Assembly (NCBI GenBank): GCA_964016885.1
Contig: OZ024741.1
Coordinates: forward strand, 246,450,001 to 246,514,000
Length of the DNA: 64,000 bases
Origin: Eledone cirrhosa
Lineage: Eukaryota
Reading direction: 5' to 3'
The position numbers and the translations under genes are program-made. Under the pieces are notes generated by a model. The model was not told where the DNA came from. It saw only the letters and a list, made by a program, of their open reading frames with translations, and did not search any database. Shown here piece after piece: positions 37,901 through 52,700 of the stretch. Numbering within the stretch: position 1 is the first letter of the stretch; each line of letters begins with the position of its first letter.

Positions 37901-40900
37901 TACCTCTCCTTGGACGGCTGAAAATTATCTCCCCTTGGACGGCTGGAAATTATCTCCCCTTGATTTTTTTTACAAATTATCTCCCCCTGATTTTTTTTTA
38001 CAAATTATCTCCCCCTGATTTTTTTTTACAAATTATCTCCCCCTGATTTTTTTTTACAAATTATCTCCCCCTGATTTTTTTACAAATTATCTCCCCTTGG
38101 CTGGCTGGAAATTATCTCCCCTTGGAGGCTGGAACTTATCTCCACTTGGACGGCTAGAAATTACCTCTCCTTGGACGGCTGGAAAATATGTCTCCTTGGA
38201 CGGCTGGATATTATCTCCCCTTGGACGGCTGGAAATTATCTCCCCTTGGACGGCTGGAAATTATCTCCCCTTGGATGGCTAGATATTACCTCCCCTTGGA
38301 CGGCTGGAAATTATCTCCCCTTGATTTTTTTTACAAATTATCTCCCCCTGATTTTTTTTTACAAATTATCTCCCCCTGATTTTTTTTTACAAATTATCTC
38401 CCCCTGATTTTTGTTTACAAATTATCTCCGCCTGATTTTTTTTTTTAAATTATCTCCCCTTGGACGGCTGGAAATTATCTCCCCTTGGACGGCTAGAAAT
38501 TACCTCTCCTTGGACGGCTGAAAATTATCTCCCCTTGGACGGCTGGAAATTATCTCCCCTTGATTTTTTTACAAATTATCTCCCCCTGATTTTTTTTTTA
38601 CAAATTATCTCCCCCTGATTTTTTTTTACAAATTATCTACCCCTGATTTTTTTTTACAAATTATCTCCCCCTGATTTTTTTTTACAAATTATCTACCCCT
38701 GATTTTTTTTACAAATTATCTCCCCCTGATTTTTTTTACAAATTATCTCCCCCTGATTTTTTTTTTACAAATTATCTCCCCCTGATTTTTTTACAAATTA
38801 TCTCCCCCTGATTTTTTTTACAAATTATCTCCGCCGGATTTTTTTAAATATTATCTTCCCTTGGCTTGCGGGAAATTATCTCCCCTTGGACGGCTGAAAA
38901 TTATCTCCCCTTGGACGGCTGGAAATTATCTCCCCTTGATTTTTTTTACAAATTATCTCCCCCTGATTTTTTTTTACAAATTATCTCCCCCTGATTTTTT
39001 TTACAAATTATCTCCCCCTGATTTTTTTTACAAATTATCTCCCCCTGATTTTTTTTACAAATTATCTCCCCCTGATTTTTTTTTACAAATTATCTCCCCC
39101 TGATTTTTTTACAAATTATCTCCCCCTGATTTTTTTTACAAATTATCTCCGCCTGATTTTTTAAAATATTATCTTCCCTTGGCTGGCGGGAAATTATCTC
39201 CCCTTGGACGGCTGGAAATTATCTGCCCTTGATTTTCTTTTTACAAATTAACTTCCACTGATTTTTTTTACAAATTATCTCCACCTGATTTTTTTAAAAA
39301 TTATCTCCCCTTGGAAGGCTGGAAATTATCTCCCCTTGGCTGGAAATTATCTCCCCTTGGACGGCTAGAAATTATCTCTCTTTGGACGGCTGGAAATTAT
39401 CACCCCTTGAGTTTTTTACAAATTATCTCCCCCTGATTTTTTTTACAAATCTCCCAGTGATTTTTAAAAAAAAATTATCTTCCCTTCGCTGGCTGGAAAT
39501 TATCTCCCCTTGGACGCTGGAAATTATAGCCCCTTGGAGGGCTGGAAATTATCTTCCCTTGGACGGCTGGAAATTACCTCCCCTTGATTTTTTTTACAAA
39601 TTATCTCCCCCTGATTTTTTTTTACAAATTATCTCCCCCTGATTTTTTTTTACAACTTATCTGCGCCTGATTTTTTTAAAAAAATTATCTCCCCTTGGAC
39701 GGCTAAAAATTATCTCCCTTTGGACGGCTGGAAATTATCTCTCCTTGGACGGCTAGAATTTACCTCTCCTTGGACGGCTGAAAATTATCTCCCCTTGGAC
39801 GGCTGGAAATTATCTCCCCTTGATTTTTTTTACAAATTATCTCCCCCTGATTTTTTTTTACAAATTATCTCCCCCTGATTTTTTTACAAATTATCTCCCA
39901 CTGATTTTTTTTACAAATTATCTCCGCCTGATTTTTTTAAATATTATCTCTCCTTGGCTGGCGGGAAATTATCTCCCCTTGGACGGCTGGAAATTATCTC
40001 CCCTTGGAAGGATGGAAATTATCTCCCCTTGGACGGCTGGAAATTATCTACCCCTGATTTTTTTTACAAATTATCTCCCCCTGATTTTTTTTACAAATTA
40101 TCTCCCCCTGATTTTTTTTACAAATTATCTACCCCTGATTTTTTTTACAAATTATCTCCCCCTGATTTTTTTTTACAAATTATCTCCCCCTGATTTTTTT
40201 TACAAATTATCTACCCCTGATTTTTTTACAAATTATCTCCCCCTGATTTTTTTTACAATCTCCGCCTGATTTTTTTAAAAATTGTCTTCCCTTGGCTGGC
40301 TGGAAATTATCTCCCCTTGGACACTGGAAATTATAGCCCCTTGGAGGGCTGGAAATTATCTTCCCTTGGACGGCTGGAAATTATCTCCCCTTGATTTTTT
40401 TTACAAATTATCTCCGCCTGATTTTTTTTTACAAATTATCTCCCCCTGATTTTTTTTTACAAATTATCTACCCCTGATTTTTTTTTACAAATTATCTCCC
40501 CCTGATTTTTTTTACAAATTATCTCCCCCTGATTTTTCTTTTACAAATTATCTCCCCCTGATTTTTTTACAAATTATCTCCCCCTGATTTTTTTTACAAA
40601 TTATCTCCGCCTGATTTTTTTAAATATTATCTTCCCTTGGCTGGCGGGAAATTATCTCCCCTTGGACGGCTGGAAATTATCTGCCCTTGATTTTCTTTTT
40701 ACAAATTATCTTCCACTGATTTTTTTTACAAATTATCTCCACCTGATTTTTTAAAAAATTATCTCCCCTTGGAAGGCTGGAAATTATCTCCCCTTGGACG
40801 GCTGGAAATTATCTCCCCTTGGACGGCTAGAAATTATCTCTCCTTGGACGGCTGAAAATTATCTCCCCTTGGACGGCTGCAAATTATCTCCCCTTGATTT

Positions 40901-43900
40901 TTTTTACAAATTATCTCCCCCTGATTTTTTTTACAAATTATCTCCCCCTGATTTTTTTACAAATTATCTACCCCTGATTTTTTTTACAAATTATCTCCCC
41001 CTGATTTTTTTTTACAAATTATCTCCCCCTGATTTTTTTTTACAAATTATCTCCCCCTGATTTTTTTTTTACAAATTATCTCCCCCTGATTTTTTTACAA
41101 ATTATCTCCCCCTGATTTTTTTTACAATCTCCGCCTGATTTTTTTAAAAATTATCTTCCCTTGGCTGGCGGGAAATTATCTCCCCTTGGACGGCTGGAAA
41201 TTATCTCCCCTTGGAAGGATGGAAATTATCTCCCCTTGGACGGCTGGAAATTATCTCCCCTTGCACGGCTGGAAATTATCTCCCCTTGGCTGGAAATTAT
41301 CTCCCCTTGGACGGCTAGAAATTATCTCTCTTTGGACGGCTGGAAATTATCTCCCTTTGATTTTTTTTACAAATTATCTCCCTCTGATTTTTTTTACAAA
41401 TCTCCCCCTGATTTTTTTAAAAAAATTATCTCCCCTTCGCTGGCTGGAAATTATCTTCCCTTGGACGGCTGGAAATTATCTCCCCTTGATTTTTTTTACA
41501 AATTATCTCCGCCTGATTTTTTTTTTAAATTATCTCTCCTTGGACGGCTGGAAATTATCTCCCCTTGATTTTTTTTACAAATAATCTCCCCCTGATTTTT
41601 TTTTATAAATTATCTCCCCCTGATTTTTTTTTACAAATTATCTACCCCTGATTTTTTTTTACAAATTATCTCCCCCTGATTTTTTTTACAAATTATCTCC
41701 CCCTGATTTTTCTTTTACAAATTATCTCCCCCTGATTTTTTTACAAATTATCTCCCCCTGATTTTTTTTACAAATTGTCTCCGCCTGATTTTTTTAAATA
41801 TTATCTTCCCTTGGCTGGCGGGAAATTACCTCCCCTTGGACGGCTGGAAATTATCTGCCCTTGATTTTCTTTTTACAAATTATCTTCCACTGATTTTTTT
41901 TACAAATTATCTCCACCTGATTTTTTAAAAAATTATCTCCCCTTGGAAGGCTGGAAATTATCTCCCCTTGGACGGCTAGAAATTATCTCTCTTTGGACGG
42001 CTGGAAATTATCACCCCTTGAGTTTTTTACAAATTATCTCCCCCTGATTTTTTTTACAAATCTCCCAGTGATTTTTTAAAAAAAATTATCTCCCCTTCGC
42101 TGGCTGGAAATTATCTCCCCTTGGACGCTGGAAATTATAGCCCCTTGGAGGGCTGGAAATTATCTTCCCTTGGACGGCTGGAAATTATCTCCCCTTGATT
42201 TTTTTTAAAAATTATCTCCCCCTGATTTTTTTTTACAAATTATCTCCCCCTGATGTTTTTTTACAACTTATCTGCGCCTGATTTTTTTAAAAAAATTATC
42301 TCCCCTTGGACGGCTGGAAATTATCTCCCCTTGGACGGCTGGAAATTATCTCTCCTTGGACGGCTAGAATTTACCTCTCCTTGGACGGCTGAAAATTATC
42401 TCCCCTTGAACGGCTGGAAATTATCTCCCCTTGATTTTTTTTACAAATTATCTCCCCCTTTTTTTTTTTTACAAATTATCTCCCCCTGATTTTTTTTTAC
42501 AAATTATCTCCCCCTGATTTTTTTTTACAAATTATCTCCCCCTGATTTTTTTTACAAATTATCTCCCCCCTGATTTTTTTACAAATTATCTCCCCTTGGC
42601 TGGTTGGAAATTATCTCCCCTTGGAGGCTGGAACTTATCTCCCCTTGGACGGCTAGAAATTACCTCTCCTTGGACGGCTGGAAAATATGTCTCCTTGGAC
42701 GGCTGGATATTATCTCCCCTTGGACGGCTGGAAATTATCTCCCCTTGGATGGCTGGAAATTATCTCCCCTTGGATGGCTAGATATTACCTCCCCTTGGAC
42801 GGCTGGAAATTATCTCCCCTTGATTTTTTTAACAAATTATCTCGCCCTGATTTTTTTTACAAATTATCTCCCCCTGATTTTTTTTAAAAAATTATCTCCC
42901 CCTGATTTTTGTTTACAAATTATCTCCGCCTGATTTTTTTTAACAAATTATCTCCCCTTGGACGGCTGGAAATTATCTCCCCTTGGACGGCTGGAAATTA
43001 TATCTCCTTGGACGGCTAGAATTTACCTCTCCTTGGACGGCTGAAAATTATCTCCCCTTGGACGGCTGGAAATTATCTCCCCTTGATTTTTTTTACAAAT
43101 TATCTCCCCCTGATTTTTTTTTACAAATTATCTCCCCCTGATTTTTTTTTACAAATTATCTCCCCCTGATTTTTTTTTACAAATTATCTCCCCCTGATTT
43201 TTTTACAAATTATCTCCCCTTGGCTGGCTGGAAATTATCTCCCCTTGGAGGCTGGAACTTATCTCCACTTGGACGGCTAGAAATTACCTCTCCTTGGACG
43301 GCTGGAAAATATGTCTCCTTGGACGGCTGGATATTATCTCCCCTTGGACGGCTGGAAATTATCTCCCCTTGGACGGCTGGAAATTATCTCCCCTTGGATG
43401 GCTAGATATTACCTCCCCTTGGACGGCTGGAAATTATCTCCCCTTGATTTTTTTTACAAATTATCTCCCCCTGATTTTTTTTTACAAATTATCTCCCCCT
43501 GATTTTTTTTTACAAATTATCTCCCCCTGATTTTTGTTTACAAATTATCTCCGCCTGATTTTTTTTTTAAAATTATCTCCCCTTGGACGGCTGGAAATTA
43601 TCTCCCCTTGGACGGCTAGAAATTACCTCTCCTTGGACGGCTGAAAATTATCTCCCCTTGGACGGCTGGAAATTATCTCCCCTTGATTTTTTTACAAATT
43701 ATCTCCCCTTGATTTTTTTTTTACAAATTATCTCCCCCTGATTTTTTTTTACAAATTATCTACCCCTGATTTTTTTTTACAAATTATCTCCCCCTGATTT
43801 TTTTTTACAAATTATCTACCCCTGATTTTTTTTACAAATTATCTCCCCCTGATTTTTTTTACAAATTATCTCCCCCTGATTTTTTTTTTACAAATTATCT

Positions 43901-45000
43901 CCCCCTGATTTTTTTACAAATTATCTCCCCCTGATTTTTTTTACAAATTATCTCCGCCGGATTTTTTTAAATATTATCTTCCCTTGGCTTGCGGGAAATT
44001 ATCTCCCCTTGGACGGCTGAAAATTATCTCCCCTTGGACGGCTGGAAATTATCTCCCCTTGATTTTTTTTACAAATTATCTCCCCCTGATTTTTTTTTAC
44101 AAATTATCTCCCCCTGATTTTTTTTACAAATTATCTCCCCCTGATTTTTTTTTACAAATTATCTCCCCCTGATTTTTTTTACAAATTATCTCCCCCTGAT
44201 TTTTTTTACAAATTATCTCCCCCTGATTTTTTTTTACAAATTATCTCCCCCTGATTTTTTTACAAATTATCTCCCCCTGATTTTTTTTACAAATTATCTC
44301 CGCCTGATTTTTTAAAATATTATCTTCCCTTGGCTGGCGGGAAATTATCTCCCCTTGGACGGCTGGAAATTATCTGCCCTTGATTTTCTTTTTACAAATT
44401 AACTTCCACTGATTTTTTTTACAAATTATCTCCACCTGATTTTTTTAAAAATTATCTCCCCTTGGAAGGCTGGAAATTATCTCCCCTTGGCTGGAAATTA
44501 TCGCCCCTTGGACGGCTAGAAATTATCTCTCTTTGGACGGCTGGAAATTATCACCCCTTGAGTTTTTTACAAATTATCTCCCCCTGATTTTTTTTACAAA
44601 TCTCCCAGTGATTTTTAAAAAAAAATTATCTTCCCTTCGCTGGCTGGAAATTATCTCCCCTTGGACGCTGGAAATTATAGCCCCTTGGAGGGCTGGAAAT
44701 TATCTTCCCTTGGACGGCTGGAAATTATCTCCCCTTGATTTTTTTTACAAATTATCTCCCCCTGATTTTTTTTTACAAATTATCCCCCCCTGATTTTTTT
44801 TTACAACTTATCTGCGCCTGATTTTTTTAAAAAAATTATCTCCCCTTGGACGGCTGGAAATTATCTCCCCTTGGACGGCTGGAAATTATCTCTCCTTGGA
44901 CGGCTAGAATTTACCTCTCCTTGGACGGCTGAAAATTATCTCCCCTTGGACGGCTGGAAATTATCTCCCCTTGATTTTTTTTACAAATTATCTCCCCCTG
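35000..45000 (+). repeat. Tandem higher-order repeat, period about 4.9-5.15 kb
   Basis: ORF pairs 35077/39954, 36256/41161, 37473/42596, 38097/43220, 38861/43984 and 39382/44533; shared variant AATTGTCTTCCC near 35376 and 40280. Confidence 0.88.
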
Positions 45001-46708
45001 ATTTTTTTTTACAAATTATCTCCCCCTGATTTTTTTTACAAATTATCTCCCCCTGATTTTTTTTTACAAATTATCTCCCCCTGATTTTTTTTTACAAATT
45101 ATCTCCCCCTGATTTTTTTTTACAAATTATCTCCCCCTGATTTTTTTTTACAAATTATCTCCCCCTGATTTTTTTTTACAAATTATCTCCGCCTGATTTT
45201 TTTTAAAAATTACCTCCCCTTGGACGGCTGGAAATTATCTCCCCTTGGACGGCTGGAAATTATCTCCCCTTGGACGGCTAGAAATTATCTCTCCTTGGAC
45301 GGCTGAAAATTATCTCCCCTTGGACGGCTGCAAATTATCTCCACTTGATTTTTTTTACAAATTATCTCCCCCTGATTTTTTTTACAAATTATCTCCCCCT
45401 GATTTTTTTTACAAATTATCTACCCCTGATTTTTTTTACAAATTATCTCCCCCTGATTTTTTTTTACAAATTATCTCCCCCTGATTTTTTTTTACAAATT
45501 ATCTCCCCCTGATTTTTCTTTTACAAATTATCTCCCCCTGATTTTTTTTACAAAGTATCTCCCCCTGATTTTTTTTACAATCTCCGCCTGATTTTTTTAA
45601 AAATTATCTTCCCTTGGCTGGCGGGAAATTATCTCCCCTTGGACGGCTGGAAATTATCTCCCCTTGGAAGGATGGAAATTATCTCCCCTTGGACGGCTGG
45701 AAATTATCTCCCCTTGCACGGCTGGAAATTATCTCCCCTTGGACGGATAGATATTACCTCCCCTTGGACGGCTGGAAATTATCTCCCCTTGATTTTTTTA
45801 CAAATTATCTCCCCCTGATTTATTTTACAAATCTCCCAATGATTTTTAAAAAAAAATTATCTCCCCTTCGCTGGCTGGAAATTATCTCCCCTTGGACGCT
45901 GGAAATTATAGCCCCTTGGAGGGCTGGAAATTATCTTCCCTTGGACGGCTGGAAATTATCTCCCCTTGATTTTTTTTACAAATTATCTCCCCCTGATTTT
46001 TTTTACAAATTATCTCCCCCTGATTTTTTTTACAAATTATCTACCCCTGATTTTTTTTACAAATTATCTCCCCCTGATTTTTTTTTACAAATTATCTCCC
46101 CCTGATTTTTTTTTACAAATTATCTCCCCCTGATTTTTTTACAAATTATCTCCCCCTGATTTTTTTTTACAATCTCCGCCTGATTTTTTTAAAAATTATC
46201 TTCCCTTGGCTGGCTGGAAATTATCTCCCCTTGGACACTGGAAATTATAGCCCCTTGGAGGGCTGGAAATTATCTTCCCTTGGACGGCTGGAAATTATCT
46301 CCCCTTGATTTTTTTTACAAATTAACTCCGCCTGATTTTTTTTTACAAATTATCTCCCCCTGATTTTTTTTTACAAATTATCTACCCCTGATTTTTTTTT
46401 ACAAATTATCTCCCCCTGATTTTTTTTTACAAATTATCTCCCCCTGATTTTTCTTTTACAAATTATCTCCCCCTGATTTTTTTACAAATTATCTCCCCCT
46501 GATTTTTTTTACAAATTATCTCCGCCTGATTTTTTTAAATATTATCTTCCCTTGGCTGGCGGGAAATTATCTCCCCTTGGACGGCTGGAAATTATCTGCC
46601 CTTGATTTTCTTTTTACAAATTATCTTCCACTGATTTTTTTTACAAATTATCTCCACCTGATTTTTTAAAAAATTATCTCCCCTTGGAAGGCTGGAAATT
46701 ATCTCCCC
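40794..46708 (+). repeat. Second full cycle of the 5.9-kb higher-order unit
   Basis: Offset 40794/46709 is 5915. The cassette order matches 21237-27173 cyclically (pairs 24920/42253, 25887/43220, 26624/43984, 22346/45614). Confidence 0.75.
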
Positions 46709-49700
46709 TTGGACGGCTGGAAATTATCTCCCCTTGGACGGCTAGAAATTATCTCTCCTTGGACGGCTGAAAATTATCTCCCCTTGGACGGCTGCAAATT
46801 ATCTCCCCTTGATTTTTTTTACAAATTATCTCCCCCTGATTTTTTTTACAAATTATCTCCCCCTGATTTTTTTTACAAATTATCTACCCCTGATTTTTTT
46901 TACAAATTATCTCCCCCTGATTTTTTTTTACAAATTATCTCCCCCTGATTTTTTTTTTACAAATTATCTCCCCCTGATTTTTTTACAAATTATCTCCCCC
47001 TGATTTTTTTTACAATCTCCGCCTGATTTTTTTAAAAATTATCTTCCCTTGGCTGGCGGGAAATTATCTCCCCTTGGACGGCTGGAAATTATCTCCCCTT
47101 GGAAGGATGGAAATTATCTCCCCTTGGACGGCTGGAAATTATCTCCCCTTGCACGGCTGGAAATTATCTCCCCTTGGCTGGAAATTATCTCCCCTTGGAC
47201 GGCTAGAAATTATCTCTCTTTGGACGGCTGGAAATTATCTCCCTTTGATTTTTTTTACAAATTATCTCCCTCTGATTTTTTTTACAAATCTCCCCCTGAT
47301 TTTTAAAAAAAAATTATCTCCCCTTCGCTGGCTGGAAATTATCTTCCCTTGGACGGCTGGAAATTATCTCACCTTGATTTTTTTTACAAATTATCTCCGC
47401 CTGATTTTTTTTTTAAATTATCTCTCCTTGGACGGCTGGAAATTATCTCCCCTTGATTTTTTTTACAAATAATCTCCCCCTGATTTTTTTTTATAAATTA
47501 TCTCCCCCTGATTTTTTTTTACAAATTATCTACCCCTGATTTTTTTTTACAAATTATCTCCCCCTGATTTTTTTTACAAATTATCTCCCCCTGATTTTTC
47601 TTTTACAAATTATCTCCCCCTGATTTTTTTACAAATTATCTCCCCCTGATTTTTTTTACAAATTGTCTCCGCCTGATTTTTTTAAATATTATCTTCCCTT
47701 GGCTGGCGGGAAATTACCTCCCCTTGGACGGCTGGAAATTATCTGCCCTTGATTTTCTTTTTACAAATTATCTTCCACTGATTTTTTTTACAAATTATCT
47801 CCACCTGATTTTTTAAAAAATTATCTCCCCTTGGAAGGCTGGAAATTATCTCCCCTTGGCTGGAAATTATCTCCCCTTGGACGGCTAGAAATTATCTCTC
47901 TTTGGACGGCTGGAAATTATCACCCCTTGATTTTTTAACAAATTATCTCCCCCTGATTTTTTTTACAAATCTCCCAGTGATTTTTAAAAAAAAATTATCT
48001 CCCCTTCGCTGGCTGGAAATTATCTCCCCTTGGACGCTGGAAATTATAGCCCCTTGGAGGGCTGGAAATTATCTTCCCTTGGACGGCCGGAAATTATCTC
48101 CCCTTGATTTTTTTTACAAATTATCTCCCCCTGATTTTTTTTTACAAATTATCTCCCCCTGATTTTTTTTTACAACTTATCTGCGCCTGATTTTTTTAAA
48201 AAAATTATCTCCCCTTGGACGGCTGGAAATTATCTCCCCTTGGACGGCTGGAAATTATCTCTCCTTGGACGGCTAGAATTTACCTCTCCTTGGACGGCTG
48301 AAAATTATCTCCCCTTGGACGGCTGGAAATTATCTCCCCTTGATTTTTTTTACAAATTATCTCCCCCTTTTTTTTTTTTACAAATTATCTCCCCCTGATT
48401 TTTTTTTACAAATTATCTCCCCCTGATTTTTTTTTACAAATTATCTCCCCCTGATTTTTTTTACAAATTATCTCCCCCCTGATTTTTTTACAAATTATCT
48501 CCCCTTGGCTGGCTGGAAATTATCTCCCCTTGGAGGCTGGAACTTATCTCCCCTTGGACGGCTAGAAATTACCTCTCCTTGGACGGCTGGAAAATATGTC
48601 TCCTTGGACGGCTGGATATTATCTCCCCTTGGACGGCTGGAAATTATCTCCCCTTGGACGGCTGGAAATTATCTCCCCTTGGATGGCTAGATATTACCTC
48701 CCCTTGGACGGCTGGAAATTATCTCCCCTTGATTTTTTTTACAAATTATCTCCCCCTGATTTTTTTTTACAAATTATCTCCCCCTGATTTTTTTTTTAAA
48801 ATTATCTCCCCCTGATTTTTGTTTACAAATTATCTCCGCCTGATTTTTTTTAAAAAATTATCTCCCCTTGGACGGCTGGAAATTATCTCCCCTTGGACGG
48901 CTGGAAATTATATCTCCTTGGACGGCTAGAATTTACCTCTCCTTGGACGGCTGAAAATTATCTCCCCTTGGACGGCTGGAAATTATCTCCCCTTGATTTT
49001 TTTACAAATTATCTCCCCCTGATTTTTTTTTACAAATTATCTCCCCCTGATTTTTTTTTACAAATTATCTCCCCCTGATTTTTTTTTACAAATTATCTCC
49101 CCCTGATTTTTTTACAAATTATCTCACCTTGGCTGGCTGGAAATTATCTCCCCTTGGAGGCTGGAACTTATCTCCCCTTGGACGGCTAGAAATTACCTCT
49201 CCTTGGACGGCTGGAAAATATGTCTCCTTGGACGGCTGGATATTATCTCCCCTTGGACGGCTGGAAATTATCTCCCCTTGGACGGCTGGAAATTATCTCC
49301 CCTTGGATGGCTAGATATTACCTCCCCTTGGACGGCTGGAAATTATCTCCCCTTGATTTTGTTTACAAATTATCTCCCCCTGATTTTTTTTTACAAATTA
49401 TCTCCCCCTGATTTTTTTTTACAAATTATCTCCCCCTGATTTTTGTTTACAAATTATCTCCGCCTGATTTTTTTTTTAAAATTATCTCCCCTTGGACGGC
49501 TGGAAATTATCTCCGCTCGGACGGCTAGAAATTACCTCTCCTTGGACGGCTGAAAATTATCTCCCCTTGGACGGCTGGAAATTATCTCCCCTTGATTTTT
49601 TTACAAATTATCTCCCCCTGATTTTTTTTTTACAAATTATCTCCCCCTGATTTTTTTTTAGAAATTATCTACCCCTGATTTTTTTTTACAAATTATCTCC

Positions 49701-52700
49701 CCCTGATTTTTTTTTACAAATTATCTACCCCTGATTTTTTTTACAAATTATCTCCCCCTGATTTTTTTTACAAATTATCTCCCCCTGATTTTTTTTACAA
49801 ATTATCTCCCCCTGATTTTTTTTTACAAATTATCTCCCCCTGATTTTTTTTACAAATTATCTCCCCCTGATTTTTTTTACAAATTATCTCCCCCTGATTT
49901 TTTTTTACAAATTATCTCCCCCTGATTTTTTTACAAATTATCTCCCCCTGATTTTTTTTACAAATTATCCGCCTGATTTTTTAAAATATTATCTCCCCTT
50001 GGACGGCTGGAAATTATCTGCCCTTGATTTTCTTTTTACAAATTAACTTCCACTGAATTTTTTTACAAATTATCTCCACCTGATTTTTTTAAAAATTATC
50101 TCCCCTTGGAAGGCTGGAAATTATCTCCCCTTGGCTGGAAATTATCTCCCCTTGGACGGCTAGAAATTATCTCTCTTTGGACGGCTGGAAATTATCACCC
50201 CTTGAGTTTTTTACAAATTATCTCCCCCTGATTTTTTTTACAAATCTCCCAGTGATTTTAAAAAAAAAATTATCTTCCCTTCGCTGGCTGGAAATTATCT
50301 CCCCTTGGACGCTGGAAATTATAGCCCCTTGGAGGGCTGGAAATTATCTTCCCTTGGACGGCTGGAAATTATCTCCCCTTGATTTTTTTTACAAATTATC
50401 TCCCCCTGATTTTTTTTTACAAATTATCTCCCCCTGATTTTTTTTTACAAATTATCTCCCCCTGATTTTTTTTTAGAAATTATCTACCCCTGATTTTTTT
50501 TTACAAATTATCTCCCCCTGATTTTTTTTTACAAATTATCTACCCCTGATTTTTTTTACAAATTATCTCCCCCTGATTTTTTTTACAAATTATCTCCCCC
50601 TGATTTTTTTTTTACAAATTATCTCCCCCTGATTTTTTTACAAATTATCTCCCCCTGATTTTTTTTACAAATTATCTCCGCCGGATTTTTTTAAATATTA
50701 TCTTCCCTTGGCTTGCGGGAAATTATCTCCCCTTGGACGGCTGAAAATTATCTCCCCTTGGACGGCTGGAAATTATCTCCCCTTGATTTTTTTTACAAAT
50801 TATCTCCCCCTGATTTTTTTTTACAAATTATCTCCCCCTGATTTTTTTTACAAATTATCTCCCCCTGATTTTTTTTTACAAATTATCTCCCCCTGATTTT
50901 TTTTACAAATTATCTCCCCCTGATTTTTTTTACAAATTATCTCCCCCTGATTTTTTTTTACAAATTATCTCCCCCTGATTTTTTTACAAATTATCTCCCC
51001 CTGATTTTTTTTACAAATTATCCGCCTGATTTTTTAAAATATTATCTCCCCTTGGACGGCTGGAAATTATCTGCCCTTGATTTTCTTTTTACAAATTAAC
51101 TTCCACTGATTTTTTTTACAAATTATCTCCACCTGATTTTTTTAAAAATTATCTCCCCTTGGAAGGCTGGAAATTATCTCCCCTTGGCTGGAAATTATCT
51201 CCCCTTGGACGGCTAGAAATTATCTCTCTTTGGACGGCTGGAAATTATCACCCCTTGAGTTTTTTACAAATTATCTCCCCCTGATTTTTTTTACAAATCT
51301 CCCAGTGATTTTTAAAAAAAAATTATCTTCCCTTCGCTGGCTGGAAATTATCTCCCCTTGGACGCTGGAAATTATAGCCCCTTGGAGGGCTGGAAATTAT
51401 CTTCCCTTGGACGGCTGGAAATTATCTCCCCTTGATTTTTTTTACAAATTATCTCCCCCTGATTTTTTTTTACAAATTATCTCCCCCTGATTTTTTTTTA
51501 CAACTTATCTGCGCCTGATTTTTTAAAAAAAATTATCTCCCCTTGGACGGCTGGAAATTATCTCCCCTTGGACGGCTGGAAATTATCTCTCCTTGGACGG
51601 CTAGAATTTACCTCTCCTTGGACGGCTGAAAATTATCTCCCCTTGGACGGCTGGAAATTATCTCCCCTTGATTTTTTTTACAAATTATCTCCCCCTGATT
51701 TTTTTTTACAAATTATCTCCCCCTGATTTTTTTTTACAAATTATCTCCCCCTGATTTTTTTTACAAATTATCTCCCCCTGATTTTTTTTTACAAATTATC
51801 TCCCCCTGATTTTTTTTTTACAAATTATCTCCGCCTGATTTTTTTTTTTAAATTACCTCCCCTTGGACGGCTGGAAATTATCTCCCCTTGGACGGCTGGA
51901 AATTATCTCCCCTTGGACGGCTAGAAATTATCTCTCCTTGGACGGCTGAAAATTATCTCCCCTTGGACGGCTGCAAATTATCTCCCCTTGATTTTTTTTA
52001 CAAATTATCTCCCCCTGATTTTTTTTACAAATTATCTCCCCCTGATTTTTTTTACAAATTATCTACCCCTGATTTTTTTTACAAATTATCTCCCCCTGAT
52101 TTTTTTTTACAAATTATCTCCCCCTGATTTTTTTTTACAAATTATCTCCCCCTGATTTTTTTTTTACAAATTATCTCCCCCTGATTTTTTTACAAATTAT
52201 CTCCCCCTGATTTTTTTTACAATCTCCGCCTGATTTTTTTAAAAATTATCTTCCCTTGGCTGGCGGGAAATTATCTCCCCTTGGACGGCTGGAAATTATC
52301 TCCCCTTGGAAGGATGGAAATTATCTCCCCTTGGACGGCTGGAAATTATCTCCCCTTGCACGGCTGGAAATTATCTCCCCTTGGCTGGAAATTATCTCCC
52401 CTTGGACGGCTAGAAATTATCTCTCTTTGGACGGCTGGAAATTATCTCCCTTTGATTTTTTTTACAAATTATCTCCCTCTGATTTTTTTTACAAATCTCC
52501 CCCTGATTTTTTAAAAAAAATTATCTCCCCTTCGCTGGCTGGAAATTATCTTCCCTTGGACGGCTGGAAATTATCTCACCTTGATTTTTTTTACAAATTA
52601 TCTCCGCCTGATTTTTTTTTTAAATTATCTCTCCTTGGACGGCTGGAAATTATCTCCCCTTGATTTTTTTTACAAATAATCTCCCCCTGATTTTTTTTTA

